This document shows positions 55,229 to 62,792 of a stretch of DNA of 64,000 nt, in pieces. The notes under the pieces were generated by a model. The model did no database searches. It was not told where the DNA came from and saw only the letters and a list, made by a program, of their open reading frames with translations. Each line of letters opens with the position of its first letter. Positions within the stretch are counted from its first letter, which is position 1. Origin of the DNA: Planctomycetia bacterium (GTDB lineage: Bacteria > Planctomycetota > GCA-002687715); contig SXUL01000036.1 in assembly GCA_005790545.1 (NCBI GenBank), forward strand, positions 80,123 to 144,122, given 5' to 3'. The position numbers and the translations under genes were made by a program.

Positions 55229-55504
55229 TCAGCAGCGCACGAGGTCGATACGGTTGGGGCGCGTCTTTGCCACCAGCCATGTCGTGGATGAACCGCCTTC
55301 CCGGTCGGGCCAGCGCAACGCCTTCAGCCCCTTCTTGAAGCGCGCTTCTCCGGGCTGAATGGAAACTTCCGTCTCTTCTTCGCGAATAACCGCGTAGCGG
55401 AAGCGGATGGAGTCATCATCCGTGGGGCCGAACCAGGTGAAGTTCGCCGCGGCCGAATCTGACTTCGGATCAGGACCGAGATGGGGCTTGAAGCCTGCGT
55501 TCAT
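55229..55504 (-). CDS. hypothetical small protein (91 aa) inside the microcompartment gene cluster
   Basis: ORF with high third-position GC consistent with local coding. Sits between the last shell gene and the ECF sigma gene on the same strand with 21 and 39 bp spacers. No similarity recognised. Confidence 0.35.
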   Translation of the reverse strand: MNAGFKPHLGPDPKSDSAAANFTWFGPTDDDSIRFRYAVIREEETEVSIQPGEARFKKGLKALRWPDREGGSSTTWLVAKTRPNRIDLVRC

Positions 55505-55525
55505 GGAGAGTCTCTTGCGGCTCGA

Positions 55526-56128
55526 TCAGCCGCTCACGAATTCCGAGAAGGGGTTGACCGGATCCTCGAAGGCCTGACGCAGGCGCTGATCGGGATTCGG
55601 AATCACCACGGAGTGCCGATGATAGCCACGCTCGCGCGCAAGGCGCGTGCCTGAATCGACGGCCGCTTCCACATCACTTTGTGCACCAGCAAGAGTCACG
55701 AAGGCGTTGCCGCCGAGCCCCATGCCAAGCCGAATTTCGAGGAGACGTACGGCGGCGCATTTGGCCGCGCCGTCCGCTGCAAGCAAAGCGGCGCAGAGAC
55801 TGGTCGTCTCGATGATGCCCACCGATTCGCGCACCGGTTCCGCCTTGCGTCCGCGGAGGACTCGCACGAGATCCGGGTGAGGCTGCGCGAGAAAAAGTGA
55901 ATCGCGGAGTTCATCACGCGCCGCCGCGGCGCCGGCACCGAGAGCCTCACGGACGGCCTCCACACTGCCGCTGAAGAGCGCGATGAAACGACCGGGCGTG
56001 ACCGGCCGCAAGGCCAGCACCTCCACGGTCGCCTCTTTCAGCACTGCATCCGCGGCGAGAAGCCCTCGGGCAACGCTCTCCCACTCGAGCATGCCGAGGG
56101 GCTTCGTATGCGGACGCACGCGCTCCAC
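55526..56128 (-). CDS. bacterial microcompartment shell protein, tandem BMC-domain (BMC-T), PduT-like
   Basis: Two BMC (PF00936-type) domains: 'LGMLEWESVARGLLAADAVLKEATVEVLALRPVTPGRFIALFSGSVEAVREAL' and 'VGIIETTSLCAALLAADGAAKCAAVRLLEIRLGMGLGGNAFVTLAGAQSDVEAAV'. Cys in the second domain at a position comparable to the PduT Fe-S ligand. Confidence 0.8.
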   Translation of the reverse strand: MERVRPHTKPLGMLEWESVARGLLAADAVLKEATVEVLALRPVTPGRFIALFSGSVEAVREALGAGAAAARDELRDSLFLAQPHPDLVRVLRGRKAEPVRESVGIIETTSLCAALLAADGAAKCAAVRLLEIRLGMGLGGNAFVTLAGAQSDVEAAVDSGTRLARERGYHRHSVVIPNPDQRLRQAFEDPVNPFSEFVSG

Positions 56129-56131
56129 AGA

Positions 56132-57121
56132 TCACCTGCGGCGGCGAGGCCGCTTCAGAGAACCGGCACCGGTATCGCCGCTCGAAGGTGCATCCCAGAC
56201 GATTTCGAAGGACTCGTCCGCGCGGGTACTGGCCGCTGGGGCCTCAGAGCGCGGAGCTGGAGTCGATGCAGGCGCCGGAGCAGGCGCTGGTTCCGGCAGG
56301 GTGCGCGCTGGTTCATCCCACACGGGGATGAAGTCAGGTTCTGGCGGCGCTTCGGGAGCCGCACTCGGAGCGGATGCCGCGACATTCGGTTCACGTGCAT
56401 CCTCGCCACGCGGTGCAGGACCACGCTCGCTGCCGAAGCGGTCGCGGCCACGGCCACGGCGTCCACGGCGGTCACCACGCTCCTCACGCGGTCCACCCTC
56501 GCCGCGTTCTTCGCGCGGCCCATTCACGCCACGCTCTTCACGGGGTCCGCGGTCTTCGCGCGGCCCGCGGTCTCCACGCTCCTCACGGGGAGCACGGTCT
56601 GCGCGCGGCCCGTTATCGCCGCGCCCTTCGCGCGCCCCGCGGTCGCCACGTTCCTCACGAGGCCCACGCTCTTCGCGCGGACCGCGATCATCGCGCTCGC
56701 GCCCTGCATCGCGGCCGTCTCTCGGTCCGCGTCCACCACGCTCGCCTTCGGGCTCGCGTTGAGAGCCTTCCTGCCCGAAGCCTCTTTCGGCTGCCCGTGG
56801 CGCCACCGCGATGCCGCGACGTCCAGCAGGCATCTCGGGCACTTCGTCTCCGCCATCCTCCGCCGGTGTCATGAAGCAACTCACCACGCCTACAGCGGCG
56901 CCAGCGACCGGCAGGTCCTTCGGCAGATCGAAACGATCGCCAAGGGGTGCGAGGGCCACGAGCACCAGATCTCCGGCACCTGCACCCGCGCGGTCGACAA
57001 CCACGAGTGCGCCGGTCCACTCCACCTCATGCTCGGGTTCAACGAGCAGGAATCTCAGGCCTTCGAAGGCCGGGTGGACCTTCGCCAATTCGACTTCACA
57101 CTGCACTGTTCCGATGAACAC
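56132..57121 (-). CDS. bacterial microcompartment vertex protein (BMC-P, EutN/CcmL/PduN fold) fused to about 240-aa low-complexity repeat tail
   Basis: Residues 1-85 'MFIGTVQCEVELAKVHPAFEGLRFLLVEPE..GALVVVDRAGAGAGDLVLVALAPLGDR...AAVGVVSCF' match EutN/CcmL. This is followed by about 10 nonamer repeats (GPREERGDR and variants), two 'F-x-VWD-x-P' motifs and a poly-Arg C-terminus. Confidence 0.75.
   Translation of the reverse strand: MFIGTVQCEVELAKVHPAFEGLRFLLVEPEHEVEWTGALVVVDRAGAGAGDLVLVALAPLGDRFDLPKDLPVAGAAVGVVSCFMTPAEDGGDEVPEMPAGRRGIAVAPRAAERGFGQEGSQREPEGERGGRGPRDGRDAGRERDDRGPREERGPREERGDRGAREGRGDNGPRADRAPREERGDRGPREDRGPREERGVNGPREERGEGGPREERGDRRGRRGRGRDRFGSERGPAPRGEDAREPNVAASAPSAAPEAPPEPDFIPVWDEPARTLPEPAPAPAPASTPAPRSEAPAASTRADESFEIVWDAPSSGDTGAGSLKRPRRRR
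56390..56760 (-). repeat. imperfect 27-nt tandem repeat array (about 10-12 units) inside the BMC-P gene, encoding GPREERGDR nonamers
   Basis: Plus-strand units recur with 27-nt period, e.g. 'cacgctcctcacgcggtccaccctcgc', 'cacgctcttcacggggtccgcggtctt', 'cacgctcctcacggggagcacggtctg', 'cacgttcctcacgaggcccacgctctt'. Confidence 0.7.
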
Positions 57122-57137
57122 GTTCGTCCTTCCTGAA

Positions 57138-57767
57138 TCACCGATTCTCGCGGCCCGAGATGGACTCCAGAGCCACAGTCACTGCCTTCACCGCCTCCCG
57201 GATCGCGGATTCCGTTCCGCCGAGATAGAGCCTTCCGAATGCACCGGAGGACTGCATCTCGATCAATTTGACGGGAGCGGCCTTTTCCGCCTCGTTGGCG
57301 GCAATGGTTGCGTAGGCGGCGGGGTGAACCTCCAGAATGTAGAGGGTCTCGCCGCCGAGGATCATATCGCCGAAACGGATGCGGTTGATGAGCTGGGCCT
57401 GGTCGGGGTCGAGGTTGGTGATGATCTGCGAACTCATCACGCGCGGGCGCAGCCGATCCTCTTCCTTGAGGCCGAGGCTCGCGAGCATGCGCGCTCCTGC
57501 CTCGCGCACCTCAGCCTGTGAGTCCGAGTGAAGCTCCAGAAGCCCGAAGGCCCGCTCCACCACCTGCAAACCGGGACGCACATCATTGCTCTTGAGCGCG
57601 ATATCGGTGAGCCGGTTGATCGCGATGCCCGGAGCCACTTCGACAAAAAGCGAGGCCTGACCTTGCACCGGCAGGAATCCTCGCGCGGTGGTTCCCACGT
57701 AGGCCGCGAACGCGGGCTGCATGCTGTCGAGGAAGGTGTACGCCCTGAGTTCGATGCCCGCGGACAT
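57138..57767 (-). CDS. bacterial microcompartment shell protein, permuted tandem BMC-domain (BMC-T, PduB/EutL-like)
   Basis: 209 aa with two circularly permuted BMC units. 'APGIAINRLTDIALKSNDVRPGLQVVERAFGLLELHSDSQAEVREAGARML' parallels PduB '..GVLMADTALKSANVEVV......ILVISGDSGAVRQAV..'. The second unit is 'GETLYILEVHPAAYATIAANEAEKAAPVKLIEMQSSGAFGRLYLGGTESAIREAVKAV'. Confidence 0.65.
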   Translation of the reverse strand: MSAGIELRAYTFLDSMQPAFAAYVGTTARGFLPVQGQASLFVEVAPGIAINRLTDIALKSNDVRPGLQVVERAFGLLELHSDSQAEVREAGARMLASLGLKEEDRLRPRVMSSQIITNLDPDQAQLINRIRFGDMILGGETLYILEVHPAAYATIAANEAEKAAPVKLIEMQSSGAFGRLYLGGTESAIREAVKAVTVALESISGRENR

Positions 57768-57781
57768 GGGCAGTGGAGCTC

Positions 57782-58075
57782 TCAGACTTCGCCGTCGCCT
57801 TCAGGCTGCGGCAGGATGGACTCGACCTGTTCGTGCGGACGCGGAATGACGTGCACGCTCACAAGCTCTCCGACGCGACGCGCGGCAGCGGCGCCGGCAT
57901 CGGTGGCAGCTTTTACTGCACCGACTTCGCCGCGCACCATCACGGTGACGTAGCCGCCACCGATCTTCTCCTTGCCGATGAGGGTCACCTGTGCGGCCTT
58001 CACCATGGCGTCGGCAGCCTCGATGGAACCCACGAGTCCGCGGGTCTCGATCATTCCCAGTGCGATCTTGCTCAT
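57782..58075 (-). CDS. bacterial microcompartment shell protein, single BMC domain (BMC-H, PduA/EutM/CcmK-like)
   Basis: '[81 protein letters not shown]' is near-consensus PF00936. Confidence 0.92.
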   Translation of the reverse strand: MSKIALGMIETRGLVGSIEAADAMVKAAQVTLIGKEKIGGGYVTVMVRGEVGAVKAATDAGAAAARRVGELVSVHVIPRPHEQVESILPQPEGDGEV

Positions 58076-58120
58076 CGTCGCAGCACCTCAAGCGGGGGCA
58101 GCTCGCCCGCGCGCCACGCA

Positions 58121-59635
58121 CTATCCTCCCCGCTCCGCGCCAGCCGACAAGCCCCGCGGCCCGTTTCCCGCCCGGCGTTCCAAAGCCGCGCGGATGATGG
58201 CTTCCAATTCAGCCGGAGAATGGTGTTCGCCGGGCATGCGCGCCAGGGGGTCCCCAAGCAGGCTCGGGCGTTCCAAGGCAGCCGCTTTCTCGGGCTGGGG
58301 CCAGGGTGAACCGGCTACGGAGGATGCAGGCGTTGCCAACTGGGGCCAATCCGAGAGCGTGTCCCCCTTCCTCCACGCCGCATTCGCCCGCGCCAGGCGC
58401 TTCACGTTGATGAGGTGCTGAGGCCCCACGTTGTCGGAAGTGATATTGCCTCCAAAGGAGCCACAGCCGAGAGTCATCGAAGGAAAGAGCCCGCTGGCTG
58501 CCCCCACGGCACCGAGGGATGTCGGCGCATTCAGGATGATGCGATTCACCGGCTTCTCGAGGGCGAAGGCCCGGATGATGGCCTCATCGCAGCAGTGCAG
58601 GCCGAGCGTGTGCCCTCGTCCGCCGAGCGCAAGAATATCGATGCAGAGCCGGCAGCCCGCCTCGTGCCCATCCACGGCATAGAAGGCAAGCACCGGCGCC
58701 AACTTCTCATACGAGAGTGGATGGCCCGGCCCGAGCCCCGCTGCGCGCGCAACCAACACGGTGGTGGCCTCGGGCACGCGGAAGCCGGCCATGGCGGCAA
58801 TGCGCGCCGCGGACTGCCCGACGACATCGGGATTGGTGCCGCCGTCACGCGCGAGGATGCGCTCGAGCAGAGGCGTTTCTTCAGCCGAGAGCAGATGCAC
58901 ACCACGCGCCACGAGTTCGCGCAGCAACGCTTCTTCTACCGGCCGGTCGCAAACGATGGCCTGCTCGGAAGAGCAGATGGTGGAGTTGTCGAAGGTCTGG
59001 CTGGTGACGATGGCGCGCGCAGTCTCCGCGATATCGGCAGAACGGTCGACATACACCGGCACATTTCCGGGGCCCACGCCAAAGGCCGGTTTGCCGGATG
59101 AATACGCCGCACGCACCAGGCCCGAGCCGCCGGTCGCGAGAATGAGATTCACTTCGCGGTCGTGCATCAAAGCCTGAGTGCCTTCGAGAGCCACATGCTC
59201 CATGCAGAGCGCCCAATCCTCGGGAGCCCCGGCAGCGACGGCAGCATCGTGCGCCACACGAATAGCCTCAGCGATGCACTGCTTCGCGCGCGGATGCGGC
59301 GAGGCCACCATGGCATTGCGCGACTTCAGGCAGCAGATGGCCTTGTAGAGCGCCGTACTCGTGGGATTCGTCACGGGGATGATGGCCGCCACCACTCCGA
59401 AGGGTGCGGCGATTTCCATCACGCCGCGTTCCTTGTCCTCGCTCAGCACTCCGCACGTGCGCATCCCGGCGATGGCTTGCCAGAGTCCTCGCGTCGCAAA
59501 GCGGTTCTTCACCGTCTTGCTCTCGACCCGCCCCATGCGCGTTTCCTCGACAGCCAGCGCGGCGAGACGCGCACTGGCTGCGTGCCCCGCTTCCACCACT
59601 GCGGCCGCGGCGCGATCGATGGCCTCCTGATCCAT
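58121..59635 (-). CDS. CoA-acylating aldehyde dehydrogenase (EutE/PduP family) with C-terminal linker plus probable encapsulation peptide
   Basis: Start at Met 59635 ([18 protein letters not shown]...) preferred. The ATG at 59830 would overlap the divergent peptidase gene. Catalytic Cys in '[14 protein letters not shown]'. NAD/CoA-binding '[12 protein letters not shown]', '[13 protein letters not shown]'. C-terminal Pro/Ser-rich linker then amphipathic helix '[18 protein letters not shown]'. Confidence 0.9.
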   Translation of the reverse strand: MDQEAIDRAAAAVVEAGHAASARLAALAVEETRMGRVESKTVKNRFATRGLWQAIAGMRTCGVLSEDKERGVMEIAAPFGVVAAIIPVTNPTSTALYKAICCLKSRNAMVASPHPRAKQCIAEAIRVAHDAAVAAGAPEDWALCMEHVALEGTQALMHDREVNLILATGGSGLVRAAYSSGKPAFGVGPGNVPVYVDRSADIAETARAIVTSQTFDNSTICSSEQAIVCDRPVEEALLRELVARGVHLLSAEETPLLERILARDGGTNPDVVGQSAARIAAMAGFRVPEATTVLVARAAGLGPGHPLSYEKLAPVLAFYAVDGHEAGCRLCIDILALGGRGHTLGLHCCDEAIIRAFALEKPVNRIILNAPTSLGAVGAASGLFPSMTLGCGSFGGNITSDNVGPQHLINVKRLARANAAWRKGDTLSDWPQLATPASSVAGSPWPQPEKAAALERPSLLGDPLARMPGEHHSPAELEAIIRAALERRAGNGPRGLSAGAERGG

Positions 59636-59823
59636 GTGCTGGAGGCGGAGGAAGGCGCGGCGTGCGCGAGCCGCCCGGTCCCGGGCATCCGCGATGGACA
59701 GGAGATCCTTGTGTCCGTTTTCCGCCACGCGTCGATCCGCCGCGAGTCTACCAGTGCAACGCTTTCCGGCGCGCGAGGGCCGGGCTATCGTCGGCGCCGC
59801 ATGTTGCTCATGGAGATCCGCCG
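59636..59823. promoter_or_regulatory. divergent intergenic region between the microcompartment operon (minus) and the M16 peptidase gene (plus); candidate promoters
   Basis: 188-bp non-coding gap between two divergently oriented start codons. On the minus strand it contains 'GGAAAGCGTTGCACTGGTAGACTCG' (GGAAA-N16-GACTC), loosely resembling an ECF-type -35/-10. Speculative. Confidence 0.3.
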
Positions 59824-62532
59824 ATGCCACGCCTCGTCCTCGCCCTCCTTCTCCTCCACGGAGTTGTCATGACCCAGTCGTCGCGCCCCGCGCTCGCCAT
59901 CGAGCGGTACGTGCTTCCGAACGGCCTCACCGTCATCCTCCATGAAGATCACGCGCTGCCCATCGCCGCGGTGAACATCTGGTACCGCGTCGGCAGCAAG
60001 GACGAGGTTGCGAAGCGCTCGGGCTTTGCACACCTGTTTGAGCACCTCATGTTCATGGGCACCGAGCGCGTGCCGCAAGGCCGCTTCGACGAGATCATGG
60101 AAGCGGGCGGTGGCAGCAACAACGCCACTACTTCCCAGGACCGGACGAACTACTTTGAATCCGGCCCCGCGGAGATGCTCCCGACGTTGCTCTGGCTCGA
60201 AGCAGATCGCATGGAGGATCTCGGCCGCTGCATCACACAGGAGAAACTCGACCTGCAACGGGACGTGGTGAAGAATGAACGCCGCCAGTCCTACGAGAAT
60301 CGACCTTATGCGCGCGCATGGCTTGAATTGCCCGCGATGATGTATCCCGCGGGGCATCCCTATGACCACTCGGTCATCGGCAGCCATGAGGATCTCGAAG
60401 CCGCGAGCGTCGAAGACGTGCGCGACTTCTTTGCCACGCACTACGTGCCCGCCAACGCGGCCTTGGTGGTCGCCGGCGATTTCGATCCTGTCGCAACGAA
60501 GGAGCTCATCGCGAAACTCTTCGGCACCCTCGCTGTGGGCAGAAAGCCGACCGCGGCGCCGATCCCGGTGCCGGTGCAACTCGATCGCATCATCCGCCGC
60601 AGCATGGAGGACAAGGTTCCGGCCGCACGGGTCAGCATGAGCTTCCACTCGCCGCGTCATTTCGCACCCGGCGACGCGGAAGCCGATCTCGTCGCCAGCC
60701 TGCTCGGAGAAGGCGCCGCCTCGCGGCTTGAGCGCGTTCTCGTGCAAGAACGCCGCCTCGCGCAGAGCGTCTCGGCGAGCCAGCAAAGTGGCTTGCTCTC
60801 GTCCATGTTCATGGTCTCAGCCTTGGCCATGCCTGGCGTGAGTGCCGCCGACCTCGAAGCCGCCATGGACACCGTCTTGAAGGATGCGCTGAAGGATGGC
60901 TTCAGTGTCGCGGACGTGGAGCGTGCTGTTTCACGCGCAGAAGCCGCATATGCCGCGCAGATGCAGGAACTCCTGACGCGCGCCGACCTCCTGAACCAGT
61001 ACGAGATGGCCTTCGGCAATCCGGATGGGTTCGAGCGCGACCTTGCGCGCTACCGCACCGCCACTGTCGAGAGCGTGAATGCCACCCTCCGCAGCATCAT
61101 CACTCCCGGTCAGCGTGCGGTGATGACTGTCCTGCCTGAAGGCACAACGGCAGAGGCGGTCCGGAGCGCGCGGGACACGCGGCCTGGCGATCTCGCCACG
61201 AAGGCATTCGTGCCGGCCGTTCCGGAGTGCTTCAAGGTTGGCGGTATGGAAGTCTGGCTGCTCGAGCGCCATCAGGCGCCGCTTGTTTCGCTGGCGCTCA
61301 GCCTGCCGCTCGGCAGCAGCGCTGACGCTCCCACACGCGCAGGTCTCACGGCACTCACGTGTTCGCTCATGCACGAAGGGGTGCGCGGCAATGATGCTGC
61401 CGACTTCGCCGTGGCTCTCGAGCGCCTTGGCGGTGCCGTGTCCGTGAAGGCCGGCAAGCGCCAGTCCGTGGCGGGAATGCTCGCGCTTTCGCGCAATGTC
61501 GATGCCACCTTCGACCTCCTCGCGGATCTCCTGCTGCGCCCGACGCTCGGCGAGCAGGATTTCGAGCGCGTGAAGGCCCAGCAACTCGCCGGCATCGAGC
61601 AGCGTGCCAAAGACCCCGCGACGATCGCGACCCTGGTGGCGGCACGACGCCTCGCGGAGGAACGCGGACGCAGAGCTGACCCCGCGAACGGCTATCTCAC
61701 GACCGTGAGCGGTCTCACGCACGCCATGGTTCGTGAACGCCACGCCAATGTCGTCGCGGCCCTCGGCGGCGCACGCATCGTGGTCTGCGGTGACATCACC
61801 AGGGATGCACTCGAAGCGACTCTGAAGCGCCAGTTCGGCGCCTTGCCCGTTGTCGCAACGCCGGCACGCGAGAAGGCCGCTGACCCCTTCGCAACGCGCA
61901 AGCTCTACATCGTCGATCGGCCCGATGCGCCGCAAACAGTGATCCGCTTCCAGCACGACGCCCCGGCGCTGGGTTCAGCATTCGATGCGCCGCTCCAACT
62001 CGCCAACACGGTCTTCGGTGGCAGCTTCACCAGCAGGCTTTCACAGAACCTCCGCGAGAAGAATGGCTTCACCTACGGGGCCGGTTCACGCGTCTCCCAG
62101 GATGCCGATGAAGGCGTGTTCGTGGCCACCTCCAACGTGCGCACGGAAGTCACAGGCCCCGCCATCCGCGAGTTCCTCGCGGAATTCCAGCGTCTCTCCA
62201 AGAGAGACTTCACGGTGGAAGAACTCGCGAAAGCGAAAGCCGCCGAACGCACGGACTTGGTACGGACCTTTGAGGAAGTCAGCGCGACCTCGGGGGCGCT
62301 GCTCCTCCCGTTGGTCGCCGGACGCGGCCCCGGCCATCTCGGTGAATACGCCGCGCTTGCGGCAGCCACGGCTCTCGATGCCGTGAATGCTGCAGCGGAT
62401 GTGCACATGCAAGGCTTCCCCGGCGTTCTGGTGCTCGTCGGCGATGCCAAGACCATCCTCGCGCAACTCGAAGGCATCGACCTTCCCGTGCCCGAGTGGT
62501 GCGACGCGGACGGCAACCTCATCAAGCGCTGA
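59824..62532 (+). CDS. M16-family zinc metallopeptidase (pitrilysin/insulinase-like), tandem M16 + M16_C units, secreted
   Basis: Start at ATG 59824 (MPRLVLALLLLHGVV.. signal). Inverted zinc motif 'HLFEHLMFMG' (HxxEH) plus downstream Glu; a second inactive M16 pair. 902 aa. The upstream 140 codons of the ORF track overlap the aldehyde dehydrogenase gene in antisense. Confidence 0.85.
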   Translation: MPRLVLALLLLHGVVMTQSSRPALAIERYVLPNGLTVILHEDHALPIAAVNIWYRVGSKDEVAKRSGFAHLFEHLMFMGTERVPQGRFDEIMEAGGGSNNATTSQDRTNYFESGPAEMLPTLLWLEADRMEDLGRCITQEKLDLQRDVVKNERRQSYENRPYARAWLELPAMMYPAGHPYDHSVIGSHEDLEAASVEDVRDFFATHYVPANAALVVAGDFDPVATKELIAKLFGTLAVGRKPTAAPIPVPVQLDRIIRRSMEDKVPAARVSMSFHSPRHFAPGDAEADLVASLLGEGAASRLERVLVQERRLAQSVSASQQSGLLSSMFMVSALAMPGVSAADLEAAMDTVLKDALKDGFSVADVERAVSRAEAAYAAQMQELLTRADLLNQYEMAFGNPDGFERDLARYRTATVESVNATLRSIITPGQRAVMTVLPEGTTAEAVRSARDTRPGDLATKAFVPAVPECFKVGGMEVWLLERHQAPLVSLALSLPLGSSADAPTRAGLTALTCSLMHEGVRGNDAADFAVALERLGGAVSVKAGKRQSVAGMLALSRNVDATFDLLADLLLRPTLGEQDFERVKAQQLAGIEQRAKDPATIATLVAARRLAEERGRRADPANGYLTTVSGLTHAMVRERHANVVAALGGARIVVCGDITRDALEATLKRQFGALPVVATPAREKAADPFATRKLYIVDRPDAPQTVIRFQHDAPALGSAFDAPLQLANTVFGGSFTSRLSQNLREKNGFTYGAGSRVSQDADEGVFVATSNVRTEVTGPAIREFLAEFQRLSKRDFTVEELAKAKAAERTDLVRTFEEVSATSGALLLPLVAGRGPGHLGEYAALAAATALDAVNAAADVHMQGFPGVLVLVGDAKTILAQLEGIDLPVPEWCDADGNLIKR

Positions 62533-62792
62533 AGCTCTGCCTTCTTCTCCTGGCGCGGCCCGCAAACGCCGTGCGCTGCTTGTGGCGGGGGATCGCTCTA
62601 CGCGGCACTGCGCCGCCTGCGCCGTGAGTGGAGTCCCGCTGAGCAGTGCCTTCGAGTGCATCCGAGCGGCTCTGCGAAGCGGGATCACCCCCGAACAGAG
62701 CAGGCGTCACACCCGCGCTGCGGTTGATGGCAGACCTCCACGCTGCGCCGCCTGCGCGCTGCTCGCGACGGGGGCGTGCGCGTCACTGGCGC

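Noticed and set aside
56390-56760. RGD tripeptides in the repeat tail as integrin-binding adhesion motifs
   Set aside because: RGD arises trivially from the E-R-G-D-R repeat unit. It has no established meaning in a bacterial cytoplasmic shell protein.
56108-57521. Plus-strand ORFs 56108..57136 and 56811..57521 antisense to the BMC-P and BMC-T genes
   Set aside because: Products are Arg/Ala/Thr-rich artefacts of reading the repeat region in antisense; the minus-strand genes carry clear BMC/EutN domains.
59404-59823. N-terminal 140 codons of ORF 59404..62532 and the 59830 start of the aldehyde dehydrogenase ORF
   Set aside because: These two over-extended calls overlap each other on opposite strands. 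Conserved N-termini (signal peptide MPRLVLALLLL.. at 59824; [13 protein letters not shown].. at 59635) define a clean 188-bp divergent intergenic region instead.
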